Assembly: GCA_964187785.1 (NCBI GenBank)
Contig: OZ076410.1
Span: forward strand, 42,904,001-42,968,000
Direction of reading: 5' to 3'
DNA from: Amphiscolops sp. MND2022
Taxonomy: Eukaryota
Length of the DNA: 64,000 bases
Of this stretch, positions 47,886 through 61,159 are shown piece by piece (positions within the stretch are counted from its first letter, which is position 1; each line of letters starts with the position of its first letter). Both the position numbers and the translations under genes were made by a program. The notes beneath the pieces are model-generated. The model ran no database searches, was not told where the DNA came from, and saw only the letters and a list, made by a program, of their open reading frames with translations.

Positions 47886-49260
47886 CGGTATAGATGTGGA
47901 ATCTGCGGCTCCCGTAACTGTAGTTGTGTCCATCATGCCCGGGAGCAACCATCCCTACCCGCGAACTCTCAATTGCGCGAGCGCCTGAGCACCGCCAACA
48001 CAAAATCCTGAAGATCCAGGCAAGTGGACAGGAACGCCCTCCGATAGTTCATCACATCATCATAACAGTAGAGAAAACCTACACTAGCGTTGACCCAGGA
48101 GTGGTGCCACCACTGGAAACCCTGCTAAAAGCGATGCACAACACTTCACCCTCAGACTGTCCCAACTATCGTTTCAAGGAATGGACGCAACATGACCGAG
48201 GCTATCTAGAATTCACACTACCCGCCATCATACCTCCATTGCCACCTTCAATTGTGTTCGGCAAGATGGACCCCGAGGATGGGAAGACAGAGATGATCCG
48301 CTGCATCACTGCGCACCAGCTGTGGGGAAAAACACCATGTTGCTTCCCCTCCGGGAGATGTTTACCGACCTTCCCACGGTTGGTGGCTAAAAATCACCTC
48401 CTTGATGAAGCAACACCCGTATCACCCACTATGCTGTTGATTTGCCTGGAAAACCTACGCACTGGGGTAGCGTTCGAAGACACCCTTTGCTTTCACTTAG
48501 CAGATAATTACCGCGGAAAGTTTTTCAGCCATCAACGGCTGCAGTTATTAGCGATCGTTCTATGCAGACAAGCAAAAGTACGCTTCCTGGACAAGCAAAC
48601 CTACACGCGCGAGAAGCCAGCAATGGTGCTCGAAGCACTCTCCATAGTGCACGAATGGTCTTGCACCATTATGGGCGACCAGTCCTTGCGTCGTACGGTA
48701 TGGCACGATCGCAGAGCGATTTTCGAACATCTAACACCACAACCAGCTGATGATTTTAGCAACGCCACGGCAAAATGGCTAATAACTTAGCTTAAGACCA
48801 TACCAAGATATCTGCCACGGATATCATATGCCAACACGGACATTCTGCAAGCTTCAGGCGCCATAGTGTTATGTTGAGTGTGTCTTACTCAGCATTGACC
48901 CGCTTTGTCATTCGAGAATACAGACAAGATGATTTATTCAGATTGAGACCGGCCAGAGGCACGGCGGTTCATCTGGCCAACTCGCCAACCGCACCCTGGA
49001 ATGATGAAATCTTCCTGTTGTGCACAAGGGCCTCCAACAAACTTCCAATGTTGCACGAAGTCTTTCTGTGTCTGACCAACCTGATACACAAGCTTAGCCA
49101 AAATCGCACTGCAAAAGTCCATTTACCGGTATACGATCCAGAAAAATCAGTTAACATACTACCATTTTGGTATGCAAAGTTAGGAGGGATCAATTCATAG
49201 AGTCGAACATCAATTAGTCCTTCATGACGCGTCTATGTATCCATCACCTCTGTCACGACC
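47886..49260 (+). pseudogene. Post-integrase extension of Gypsy C: Cys motif, unknown domain, degenerate macro domain
   Basis: RYRCGICGSRNCSCV at 47886-47930; ORF 47924-48790; ISYANTDILQ at 48821-48850; ORF 48871-49200 SALTRFVIREY...EIFLLCTRASNKLPMLHEVFLCL...VHLPVYD; frameshifted tail RDQFIESNINLVLHDRVY. Confidence 0.82.
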
Positions 49261-50227
49261 CGACCATAAGCAACACCAAGAAACACAAACTGGATGGAAC
49301 ATCTATAGCACTTTGCAAAACCAAATCATGATGCCGGTGGCTTCCTTTTAATCGTGTAAATTGTCCTCTTTTTAATCAACCGTTTATAAGTTTTCGCGGA
49401 CTGTTCTTCGAACTTGATAAACTCATCGTAATGTCTGTTTGTCTTTTGCTCTTGTTTTATCACAAAAAATGTTTTAACCTCAAATGCTTCTTGTTTTTCA
49501 GTTTAGTCCTGTCCCACTGCCTCCGCGCAGCACTTGTCCCTTAAGCGCAGTTTCACTATGTATTTAGCCAATACAAGGTGCTACCCTTCAATGATCATAT
49601 CATGGACAATTCATCACGCATCCGCGTGCCTGCCCCGTCCACAGAGACCAAGAGCTCCGCTGACTCAAACCAGCAAGGGACAACGAGACTGCCCGAGTCT
49701 GGCGAGCATGCAAATTCGGTTTCCTCGTTGCCCGTCGGAAAAATCTCCTGCAGAATCAATCAGGCTAGTCTTGTCAGCAATCAACTAGACATCGGAGCAC
49801 CTCCTACTCTGGTAACAGGAATGACCATGCTTGTTGCCAAATACAATCACTGACGACTCACCCAGACTTGGTGCTATCCACGTCCGTAGGGATATGTTGG
49901 TTCCGCCGCACGACAGAACTTCACAACGGTAGTTGGCGAGCACATGACTTGACCCATCACTTCGATGACTACCGATCGCACCAAACTTTCGGTGAGCCTG
50001 CTAGGCCTGCCATGTGCAATAGCAACCACTCCTGCTTCCTTCCACCAGAAAACAACAAGCTACATCCACAGATCCTCAAGGAACCCTGCCAACACCACCC
50101 GCACCACAGATAACGTGCATCTTGCACCATAATTCCGCCGGTGCTCACCCCGCCACTATCAACAGCCCCATCAGTGTGAGGTTCATCCCCACGCTCAACA
50201 CTGATCTCATGGTTCCTTCTTCTTTAC

Positions 50228-50250
50228 AAGGGGAAGGGGAAGGGGAAGGG
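50228..50250 (+). promoter_or_regulatory. Polypurine tract of Gypsy C, tandemly expanded: (AAGGGG)3 AAGGG
   Basis: Pure purine run at the expected position after the 3' region. Confidence 0.6.
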
Positions 50251-50599
50251 ATACACGCAAGCAAAGAGCACACAGAAGCCTCAAACACAAACTTCACTAG
50301 GACAGTATTGGTCACTTGAAGTTTTAGTTTTGGATCTTATTTATGTTTTTCAAGTGACGTGTGGGAAATGCCTGCCCCAAAAGATATTTTAGCCAGACTG
50401 GAAATGGAACAAAGGAGTTTTTAAAGACACTGATTTTAACCACCTTCACTGTCAAAAAAAGAGAGTGCTACAAAAATGATGCCAAAATGATGTAGAAACT
50501 TTGAATAAATAAGATCATAGTAAAAATTGGAAAAACGTTGGGTCAGTAGTGTCAACCTCTCTTGTTTGCCGAGGGTGACACACTACGGCCCGGGGAGGA

Positions 50600-51255
50600 T
50601 GTAAAGTACACCAATCAACAACCAAAATTTCAATGAGGTCCTTGAACTCATGAGAAGTGACAAAAAAGACACACAGACCGCCAACCCGCCCCAAAAAAGA
50701 CTGAAAAACCTCTAGAAGCAGATGTTTGACAATATCAGGAAGCCGCGACAGAGCAATACCCAGTGATGTGCCATTTCTACCCGAGAATTTCCAAAATAGA
50801 CCATTCTACCATTCTGCCCCGAAGATACAGAATGAAGTTCGATGCCAGGAACTAATCAAACTCGAATTGTATTGTTAATTCAGCTTATCTCTATGTTTTT
50901 GTCATCGTGTGCAGGTATTTGGATGATGTTTGACCTGCTAGGTCTTTATTTTAGTCCTTATTCCCCAAATACAATGTTTTTCAGCGAGATACCCTTTTTG
51001 GACCTCGGAGGAACTCGCAGGAAGCTTCAAGAATGTTTTTCCAGGCTTGCGGGACGTGTCCAGACTTTGAGTGCGGCGGCACATCCCCACGGAGTTCACA
51101 TAAAAGGAGTCTCTTAAGACGTTTGGAAAAGTCCCCTAGGAGACCGCATTAGGACTAAAAACGAGTGTCTAGGTTGTGTTAAGGCAACGGTCTCCTGTTC
51201 AGTCAATCTAGGCATCGTCCCGCAACTAAGGTGTAGCTGCTACCTTGACGTTACA
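50600..51255 (+). repeat. Divergent TGTAAC-family LTR (element E, 3' LTR)
   Basis: Preceded by GGCCCGGGGAGGA (compare GGCCCCGGGTGTGG at the 29304 copy); starts TGTAAAG and ends GACGTTACA; patchy internal similarity (CTTAAGAC, GGCAAC, GTCCCG). Confidence 0.5.
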
Positions 51256-51779
51256 TACATGACGCATGCGGTAGTTCAGCGCGATGCTTTGGACTTAACA
51301 AGTAGATATATCACAACTTCAACCGCGTTAAGACTATGAAATATCTATTTATATTGTCCCTTCTCAGAGCCTAGTTTCAAATTTTAGGACTTTTGCCTCT
51401 GGCTGTCAAAAAAAACTCAAAGAAGCTATGTCGAATTATGACCCTGTCAATGTCTCATGCAGTTATTTTCAAACGGCGGTTTCGTCAGTCAAGTTTGACA
51501 TGACTCTTAGATCGACGAGTTTCACTTTCTTTGTTTATTTACCCTTTTGAAGTGAAATAATTGTCCTTCATTCGTTGTTGCCCGTCATTTGTAAACGATA
51601 CCGCCGTGTCCTGCGAGTTTGACAGATACATAGGTAACATGTTTTCCGAAGTTCGAAATGATTTCTTTATCGATACATATGCCCAAGTATTTTGAGCTTT
51701 CACAGATGGAGTTTTTATGGTCCCCGGAAGCTACGTTTGTATGTTTCACTGATCGCTTCTCGAAAACAACGAACTTCGA

Positions 51780-54254
51780 TTGCTGAAGTTAAAACCCGAG
51801 CGATTCATATTGGTCCAGTTTTGAAACAAATTTTTAGCCTCGGACTTAGAGTTTAGCTTCTTGTTCGTAACTGTACCATCGACGTACTTCATTAGTTCAC
51901 TCTGCCATTTTCATGTGAATCCAGATCAATTCAAAAACACAGAAACAAACGAGGGCCTAGTATAGAAACCTGTAGGACTCCCCGTTTCATTAATTTCCTT
52001 GTTGAACATTCACCTTCCATTTGACTTACTGAAATCTCTGTTGTGTAATTTGCCGAGCGTTTATGTGAAATACCTTTGATACCGATATGGTTCAAATTTT
52101 CTAATTCAACATCAGGATCAAGTGCATCCCCTAGTCGAAACTGCCGGAAAATTTTTGCATGTTGCAACAATGAATTCATTCTAATTTTTAATAAGATTAA
52201 AAAAACTGAGAGCAAGCATGGAAAAATTTTATAAGATTACAATGCAGCTTCCACTATTTCAAATAACACTGAAAAAACCTAAAAAACCTCCACTTCTTCA
52301 CCGCTGCGATCATTTTTTGTTTTCTCACGTAAGTTTTTCAAGTAAAAATCCTATTAGATCACCGTTAGTCAAATAGCACGCTGAATATGACGCTACGATG
52401 AAGCTTATAATGTGAACGAAGTAATCTGCATTGAAATTGCGGTGAAATAATTGAGGTCGCAGCTGCTTTCAAAGTTCGAATTGAATGAAACCTGCAAAAC
52501 GTCGTGTCTCGGAATTGCTGCCAAATTAAGTATGCATCTTTAAGGCAGCTTAATAAATTTAACTTGAATCAGTGATTTTTCAATGCGTGAAAGTCTCCTC
52601 AAGCATTTTATAAAATCACAAAAATTTAGCTTGGTGACTTACAAAAACTTGTAAAAAAATCAAGCAGTTTTAATAAGGGTCAAATTCTTTCCTGAATTTA
52701 AAAAATGCAGTTTGGTTTAACTTTAAACTTTCAATTTGCATCAGTTTGTTCTATTTGGATAGAATCTTTTTATTCCGAAGCCTCACTGATTTTCAGGAAG
52801 GATGGCAAATTTTTCGGGATAGTTCAACAATATCTTATGTATTACTTTCTCAAACAGTTTTGAAACGTTACACCAAATTGAAGTAGGTCTGTACTTCGAG
52901 GCTCAATTTTTTTCTCCTGTTTTGAACTTTGGGATAAATGATGGGATTTTCAAATAATATTGACGAATGATATTGACGGATATGCATTGAGTGAAGACAG
53001 TTTCCAAAAAAGAACAAACAAGTCGGCTTGCTTTTTTACATGTTCGACCTTTATGCAATCCAATTCAACGGTTTTTTGTTCGTCAAGGTTGAAAAGCGAT
53101 TCAAAACTTCAATCAGTAATCGGAAGCAGGAATATTGATTGCGACTGATCAATCGGCTGAATTTTCCGTTGGTGAGCTACAGTGACATCGGGGGATGTCA
53201 ACAGCAGTTATGAGGTAACTTTTGAAATCATCAACCGACAAAGTTACTACATTTTGTTGCATATTTGTTTGCAATTTATTTTCACTTTTTTGAAACATCT
53301 GGAAGCTTTTTTGTGCTTTTTGGTCACTTTTGGTATGAACATCTATCCGCTTTTTTAATTTTCATTTTTTCTGCACTACTTTCTTTTTTGTTTTTCTCGT
53401 TACCTTCATTTGATTTTGTTCCAATCCTAATCTGATAAAGTTTTTTCTGTTTGCTACAAGCTTTTTTTTGCAGTTTGTTATCCATGGATTTTTAGGTTCA
53501 CGTATGTTCATTTCTTTAACGGGCAAGTCTTTATCCGTTGACTCTTTGAATAGTCTTGTCAAAATATGATTCGCAACTGTATTTTGTTCGTTAATTTTAC
53601 CCAGAGAATGAACCATGGAGAAGAGTGACTTTTCACAGTGAACAAGGTCTTCCATTTTTTTCATGGATCGATATTCAAAGAAGTTTTCTGCAGTTTCATG
53701 GTGTATATTGAAAGATATTTGTAAACTAGATTGATCAGAGAAAGTTGATTTTGATTTGCTTAGTTGAAAAAGAATGTTGCTATATAAAGTATCTATGCAT
53801 GTATTAGATGTAGCTGGTTCTCTGGTATGCTCTCGCAAGCTAATCAAACCCATGCCTTGACATATTATCAACATTTCTAACGTTATTTCCGCTGAAACGT
53901 TTTCGTCCAAATCAATCTGAAAGTCCCCACAAGCTAGTTTGCATAGCATCACCATTTTCCTACAACACTTCTTTGGAAGTACTGAGTATTCTCTTAGACA
54001 TTCTTTGCACTACAAGCATGATGATTCTGAATGTGCCCATGTGTCCTGGTTTTTTTGGGCACTGCCGAACTTAGACCTAACTAAATTAATGTTTTTGTAT
54101 CAGAAAAAATTGTAGGCTGTTCGGGAATAGTTTCCAATTGTGCCGCTTTCTTTGACTTGATAGTCCATTACTTTTGTCTAGATGTATAGAAGATGATGTG
54201 GAAAATATTATTCACACAAGGCATTTACAACCTGGGCATACATGCTTTTTTTGT
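51780..54254 (-). mobile_element. CR1/L2-like LINE ORF2 fragment (APE plus RT), decayed
   Basis: APE motifs ACGDFQID, TREPATSNTCIDTLYSN, SDQS and PWIT in 53362-53955; YRPTSIWCNVSKLFEK at about 52870; ENQ*GF at about 52790; RGVLQVSILGPRLFL at 51934-51985; YVDG at about 51880. Confidence 0.85.
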
Positions 54255-54993
54255 CGGAATCCTCTGGTACACTGAGATTTTTAAAAAAATCGACCAAAAA
54301 TTCGTTCACAACTGACGTGGCAAATTGAGCAGATTTTGGTCAAATTACCTGCCAGGAACAGTTCAGAAGACAAGCCAAGCCGCCCGCGGAGACGACCGAG
54401 CGGTAACACGGAGAACGAAACAGCTTGAGAGCTTAGAGAACTCTGGAAAGACTCTTCCTCAGCAGGTGCTGACCCCGCTTTTTACCGATTTTCAGAGTTA
54501 TACCACCCAATGTAGGAAGAACCGGTGAAATGAGTCTTTTCACCTAATTATCCTTATTTGCTGCTTGGAGTCCCTGCGCCCAGCTTGTAGTTGCGTGGTT
54601 TGCCATATTCATGTGTGCTTTACTATGTTTCCATGGTGTTCAGCTGTTTTTACTAGCTCGAGCGCTAGATTTCGATACTATTCCGAATTTTAGACTTCAT
54701 TCCAATGCCACCCTGAAGAAGAAAATTTACATTGTTTATTATTGGCTTGTTTTAAAAGCCTGTCTAAAAGGCTGGTTGTGAAAAGAAAAAAGTATATGCC
54801 CGTTATTCTCAGCTGTTACAGACTGGGCTCAGGCCGGAGAGCATCCTTTAAGACTGTTCCCCTTCCTCGGGACCGGCAACCCTTGGGAGGTAAAATGAGC
54901 TAGAGTCATGGCGATTGGTCCCGAATTCTAATCCATGGCATTAGTTTCTTCGCCCTATTGTGGAGTAACAAACGCTCAGCGCTTGCCGTTACA
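54255..54993 (+). repeat. 5' LTR of element D (terminal TGTAA missing)
   Basis: CGGAATCCTCTGGTACA aligns with TGTAACGGAACCCTCAGGTACA at 60448; ends GCCGTTACA at 54985-54993. Confidence 0.85.
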
Positions 54994-55008
54994 TAGGAAC
55001 CCATTTTT

Positions 55009-55025
55009 TGGCGCCCACAGAGGGA
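55009..55025 (+). promoter_or_regulatory. PBS-like site (tRNA-Lys-like)
   Basis: TGGCGCCCACAGAGGGA resembles the tRNA-Lys PBS TGGCGCCCGAACAGGGA. It sits 15 nt from the LTR end, which is farther than usual. Confidence 0.5.
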
Positions 55026-58000
55026 TCGTCTTTGGACGCTTTCCTTTATGGTTTTGAACTTTCTGGAACTCTGGTGTTTGACGACAAGTGCAAATTGGCT
55101 TAGGCAGGAGATGTTTACCCAGAGTTTTCCCTTTCTTTTTAGATGATATGATGTTTTGTATTTTTCCATTCTTTTGGGTGACTTTTCCGAAAACCTGGGG
55201 TATCTTTTTGTAAAAGGTATTTGTTGACAGTTATCGTCTAAAATGGCAAGGTTTTCATCAGCGGATCTTCTTTTTAAAAGCGCAGTGAACAGTAGCACGT
55301 CGCTACTGGTGTTTAACAGGTTTTTCCAGCTGTTTTCAGTGATTGGTGCTTATGTAACGAGAGGTGGAATTGATGAATGGCTTAAGCATTATTTGGTAAT
55401 CCTAAAGACGCCTTGTTGTAATTCGGTGTGTGCTTCTGCACCTGTTACAGTGAAAAACGTGCGAGTTTCAGTGCAACAGCAGCAAAAACGTCATTTTCGC
55501 ATTTTTGACATTTCGGTGGTACGAGCGCGAGCGCTCTGTGTATTAGACAGAGCACCCTCAAAAAATGGATAGAAAGCAGCCCAAAACCCCTGGAATTTTG
55601 CTACGTGTTGTATTGTTCACCAAAAAAGCCCTTTGGTTCCTTTTGTGCACACATTTCGTATGGAAAAACATGGTTTCTGGCGAAATTGGCAAAAAACCAC
55701 CAAGAAATGCTAGTAGGAGAGTGCTGGATTGTAATATAATTGCCTCTTCTGTAATGTTATTTGTTTGAGACACACTCCATAGTATCAAAAAAAAGAATTT
55801 AGGAGAGTTTGTAATCTCAACTTAGTGAAAACAGGCCAAAAAAACCTTGAAGATTGGCCCTTTTCAGGAGTGCTAGAGCACATCAAAAAAACTTCTAGGG
55901 CACTCAGTGTTTTCGTGACCTGAGAACCTGCGCGATTTCATTTTCTGTTTGTGTAGTAAGAACAACGTGTGGGATTGAAAACCGCTTGTGAAAATTCTTT
56001 TTCAGAGCCGAGAAAAGTGAAACACGCATTGAAAACCACCAATTTTGACTACAACCGGACTGTCCTAGTATCAGGGTCAGGTCATCGAGTCGATAACCCT
56101 ACCTCGAACGTGGTTGAGTCTTCCAAACTACCACCAAAATCAACGTTCTGGAAAAAAATTTAGTGCGCCTAGCGTCAGCCAAAATAGAGAAAAGTTCTCT
56201 GACGTTTCGACATCAGGAAGAGCTGAAAGAGCCGGATGAAGCCAAAATTGTGAGAGAGATAGTGCAATATACCTAACAAACGCGGGCTAATTGAGGGCCT
56301 GCGGCAGTGCTGTAACTACTGGGGCAACACGTGACCCCTGTTTTGCCTTCGGTAACATTTATAGTAGTGACCCTCTTTGTGAACAGTTTGTCAAATTTGT
56401 GAAAAAAGTGTCAAAAAAGACTGATTTCGCCTAAGATAGTGTCTGTACCCAGTCAGAATCCCAGGTAAGATCTACAGCTTCCGTTGGACCATTGAATCAA
56501 ATTTGTCGGTGCCAATTGGTGCAGTATTTGTTGAGAAATTAACGAAAATGCACTACACAGAAAGAAGTGCAAAAAGGCAAAAGTTTTGTGGAGAAACCCA
56601 AACACCTTAGCTGGAACGTGGGAATACGTCGAAGTCCACCAACGTATTTTATGCTTGCTGGTGCATTGTTAGCGAGAAAACCAAACCGCTAATTCATAGC
56701 TTTGCTTGGAGATTGTACGAAGGTGGCAATTTAACTCTTACAGATACCTAGGGGTACCGCACGTCTGTATCGAGATGAAACAGTGTACAAACCTCGGAGC
56801 CCAAATCAGTTTCATGTCCCGTGTATCTACGTGGGTTCAAGGTCTCTCGATCAATATTGAGTGACGAACCGCTTGTGTTTTGTACTTTCCGAGCAAATTC
56901 TGAACTTGTTGTAAACGTCCCGTACTTGTGTCAGCAAAAGTGTTGCTGCAAATCAAGCTCATTTTCTGGGTGTATGGGTTGGTAACAACCGCTTGAGTGA
57001 GTTCAAGCTCGATACGACTAATAGAAATCATTTCGACCCATTTGAGACGTGCATTTCTTGACTTTGGCTTAAGGTTTCACCCAGACAAAAATTGGAAAAG
57101 TGGGGTAAAACCCAGTTTTGGTTGTTGGAAAATTGTAGAAATCCATAGTGTGAACTCCTATTTGTTGAAACGTTGCTGTATTCTAACGAGTTGGACCTTT
57201 TTTGGGACTTATTGACGCAGCTTATCGGAAAGTTGGGACTATTTTGCTTTGGATGATTGTTATCGAAGTCGTTTGGTGCACCGTTGCTGGAAAAGTGAGC
57301 TCGCGAGCTCAGCACTGTGGACAAGAGTCTTTGTTTGCACGTGAAAAAGCGTGTTTATTGAGACACAGTGATGCGGAAAGCCTGTACAGTATCTGAAACT
57401 TGTCCAATCGTCTGAGCCCATTGTTGTTCATTGGAGCATACCTGGTTTTGCGATGGATCGCGCGGCTAATTTTGAGCCCGATCCTACAGTTCCATTGTTC
57501 GTACGAGTCACTTGAGTGTTTTTCGAAAAATAAATGAAAATTCAAAAAATCGGTGAAAAAAGTCACTAGCTTGTAGCTGGAGGTATTTATCAGCTTCAGA
57601 AGGTTATTTTCCGAACCTATGAGACTGACAAAACGTGCTGTGTAGTTTCCTGCCAGGTTCAACCAATAGAACTGAATTTGACTGTGCTCAGACGCGCATC
57701 TTGGCCAAAATCCCGAAAAACCGTCGGAAAAACGAAAACATAAAACATTAGTACTCCCGCTGTACAGAAAGCACAGACCGGAGGCCCAATATTGTAACCA
57801 AAAGGATCTGGTAGGCCTTCCTGGGTGCAAAAGAGGCAAGAACTACGAAGAATTCGTCAGCTCTGCAGAGAACACTATTGGGTAAATGCCACACTCCCAA
57901 ATTCATTGAGGTTGAGAGGTCAATAGACGGCTCGACTGTTTGATTGGACTATCCAACACTACTGCAGCATTGTGCTCGAGAGCATAACATTCCAGCGCAA

Positions 58001-58269
58001 CGCTGCGATCACTAAAATTTTTCTCGACTGTGACCCTGCGACTAATTTTGGGGTACATAAAAGGGTTTTAGTGAAACAGTTTGAATCTATCTGAAGTTGA
58101 ATTGAAACGTTGGATCTTCGACCTCCTCAGCTCCATTTTCAAGGGGGAAAGTATCCTGTACAGCACAACCAAGCAACGAACCAGTCTTGAAAGCGGAAAA
58201 AAAATCTAAAATATAGATGAACATGGCCAATTGGTGAAGTTAGAGGATCTGAACGTAGAAAACTGACCT

Positions 58270-59340
58270 TTGGAGAACAGTTATACAGCTGTAACTGACT
58301 TCCTAGACTCAATGCCAGGTAACTCGCGAGTTACTGAACCGGAGAGGTTAATTAGGGCTTCCAGTCCTATTTCAGTATCGTCGCCGAGAATGTCTTCTCT
58401 CCAAAGAACCAGTATTTGGGCTTATCAGGCACAGAACCAAAAGTCAGAGGCCCTGGAGCAGCAAATGAATGAGATATCAGTCTTGTTGGCACATAGCGGT
58501 CTACGCAGCGAGAAATTGCTAGCTCGAGCGCTAGCACAATTGCAGTCGATGAGTGTGGAGGTACACTTCGAACGTTCCGCTGTCTCTTTATCTTATTCCG
58601 AACGACGTCGAAGTAGAACCAATGTCATCGCCTACAAAAGACATGGGGGCGGTAGACCCAATTATGTTGGACACCGCAATCATGGGGACTGCTGATACGC
58701 TAGCTATTTATCACACCGCTGACAAAGGATTGCTCGAGGGCAACCCCTGCTCAAGTGATACGAAAGATGAACTGATAACTACCTTACCCTCCACTTCCTT
58801 CATCAATTCCTTGGGTACCCTTAATACCAAAGTCTTGTCCTGCAACTCGTTCTGGAACGAGGATTCTATCTGCCAATGCGGCGTTGGAAGCTGAAACAGC
58901 ATTAACACCAAACCTCCTTCAAAACCGTCTATCGACAACTCCAATGGGCTCGTTTTGCATATCCCTGGAACTAAGTTCGTATTAACAGCTTCGAAGTTGC
59001 TGCCGAAATTGTTGGAAGAAACTATTGATCCTTGTTCTTGAGGATTATATTTTGGTAGACTCACAAAGCTTCATCGCGTAGTTGCCTGGTGGTTCAGCTA
59101 AAGCTCTACCAGCTGAACATTGACGTGGTAGACCACCGCGCTCAGCCGCGGAAACACTTCTACTACCTTGGTCACACCGACCGAAGGGACATAGTCGTAG
59201 TCGCCTTCCGAACAACTATCCCAGCTCGTGTCCAAGAGCCAATTTATCCTTCTGCATTTTTTGTGGGGGCATTGCCTTTTTGTTATCCTCGTGTGGAAGA
59301 GCGTGCTCAACGTTTAAGGCTCGGAGAGTCAATTAAGGCC
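58270..59340 (+). pseudogene. gag: gag remnant of element D
   Basis: Coiled-coil-like QAQNQKSEALEQQMNEISVLL; degenerate zinc knuckle CIFCGGIAFLLSSC (CX2CX4[H>F]X4C) at 59253-59294. Confidence 0.55.
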
Positions 59341-60447
59341 CGGAGAGTCAATTAAGGCCCGGGAAGCCTCAGTGGAGGATAAAAACACACCTACACTCCA
59401 CAATTCAATCGGACAATGCCTGGGGAATATCACTACGTTTATTTATGGACTCCTTGCATTGTGATGTTTTTGTTTCAAGCTGTTGTGTCTGCAACTTGAT
59501 TTCTCAGAACTTCAGTAGAAGTCATGGACACGTACGCGCGACAATTTTGTGTTTGGTCTTTTTCCAGAGATTCGAATCAGAATACTTCTATAAATGCAAA
59601 ATTTAACCTCCACATGTAACCTCAAAACCAAAATTAACCTCAAAACTTCTACATGTATCGTTTCGCCCGGTAGGTGCTATTTCTGTCTTTGCGTAAAGTT
59701 TCCTATAATTTCCAGTGTATTCTTTTTAATTTCAACGTGATACTCAAAAAATGCGGAGCTCGCGCGTTCCAGACGTCTGAATTGTAGGGTTTTGCCTATC
59801 CTCGCCTACTTTACTCCAGTACTTACTCTTACGAGCATTTCGTAGTTTGCTCCTGATGCGTTCCTTAATAGATGCTACTGATCTCTATGCAGGTATGGAG
59901 CTGCACATCAGTGCGTGTTGCACAAACCAAGCCGAACTGTGAACAATAGGTTTTTTAAAAAAACAGCTTGTCTTCCTTTTAAAAAGATGTTTATCCGCTG
60001 AAAAGAATTTTTATCGAGAACATTTTTTAACTTTCTGCAAACTAGATTTTTACCGCTGTGTAAAACATTTTGATGAGAACCGCGTGCGTAAAGAGCAATT
60101 TTGAGCGTCCAAAAAGTGCTAGCAGATTCGAATTCAATTGCGGTGCAGAAACATTGTGTCAACAAATTGCTCCTAGGGTGATATACGGCAGTTTTGATTT
60201 GTTCAATTTAAAGGCGCTTTTTTGAGTACTTGTTGTCTAGCTCGAAGGCTAGCTCTGTTTCAACAGTTCGTGGAAGATGGCTCTCTATGGCAAGAAGCAA
60301 CACCTCAAGATAGCCCAATCAGTGAAAGATGGCACTGCCACAGTATGCTTGCAAAAAACAACAGTTTGAAATCCCAGTGGATTTTAGTGATGATGTGAAG
60401 ATGTTTCCAGCTTCTCCGCATGACAGGGACGTCACGCTCTAGAGTGA

Positions 60448-61159
60448 TGTAACGGAACCCTCAGGTACAACGAGCTTTCAAAAAGCTGACCAAAAACTGT
60501 TCAAATCTGACATGACAAATTGAGTACCTGCCAAAAAAGCTGTTCAGAAGATGAAGCAAGCCGCCCGCAGAGACGACCGAGCGGTAACAAGGAGAACGAA
60601 ATAGCTTGAGAGCTTAGAGAACTCTAAAAAGACTCCTTTTGTGATGTATAACCCGATTTTTACCGATTTTCAGTGTTATGCGACCTAATGTAGCAAGAAC
60701 CAGCGAAATGAGTCTTTTCACTTAATTATCCTAATTTGGTGCTTGGAGCCCCTGTGCCCAGCTTGTTTTTGTATGGTTTGGGATATTCATGCTTGATTTA
60801 CTGTGTTTTTTTGGTGTTTAGCTGTATTAATTAGCTCGAGCGCTAGTTTTTGATACTATTCCGAATTTTAGACTATATTCCGATGTCACCTTTACACTGT
60901 TAATCCTTGGCGTTGTCTTTAAAAGCTGTCTGAACGGTGGTTTTGAATAGGAAAAGCATAATGCCCGTTATTCTCAGCAGTTACAGACTGGACTCATGCC
61001 GGAGAGCATCCTTTTTAGACGGTTCCCCCTCCTCGGGACCGGCAACCCGTGGGAGGCAAAATGAGCTAGTGTTATGGGGATTGGTCCCGAATCTTAATCC
61101 ATTGCATTAGTTTCTCCAACCTATTGTGGCGTAACAAACGCTCAGCGCTTGCCGTTACA
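60448..61159 (+). repeat. 3' LTR of element D
   Basis: TGTAACGG...GCCGTTACA; collinear with the 5' LTR. Confidence 0.9.

Larger units (their letters stand above)
39300..50250 (+). mobile_element. Gypsy LTR retrotransposon C, near full-length internal region, decayed; 3' LTR absent
   Basis: gag-PR-RT-RH-IN order followed by the extension; ends in a polypurine tract at 50228-50250. The 5' boundary and 5' LTR (about 39300-39650) are approximate. Confidence 0.92.
54255..61159 (+). mobile_element. Two-LTR non-autonomous element D (LTR, PBS-like site, long leader, gag remnant, no pol, LTR)
   Basis: Direct LTRs at 54255-54993 and 60448-61159, about 80-85% identical by eye; TGGCGCCC PBS-like site at 55009; GGGACGTCACGCTCTAGAGTGA just before the 3' LTR; no RT or integrase motifs inside. 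Confidence 0.8.

Noticed and set aside
58270-59310. Antisense env-like or capsid ORF (58711-59310, minus strand) in element D
   Set aside because: The plus strand carries a coiled coil and a zinc-knuckle remnant in the LTR sense orientation, so the minus frame is best explained as a shadow of gag.
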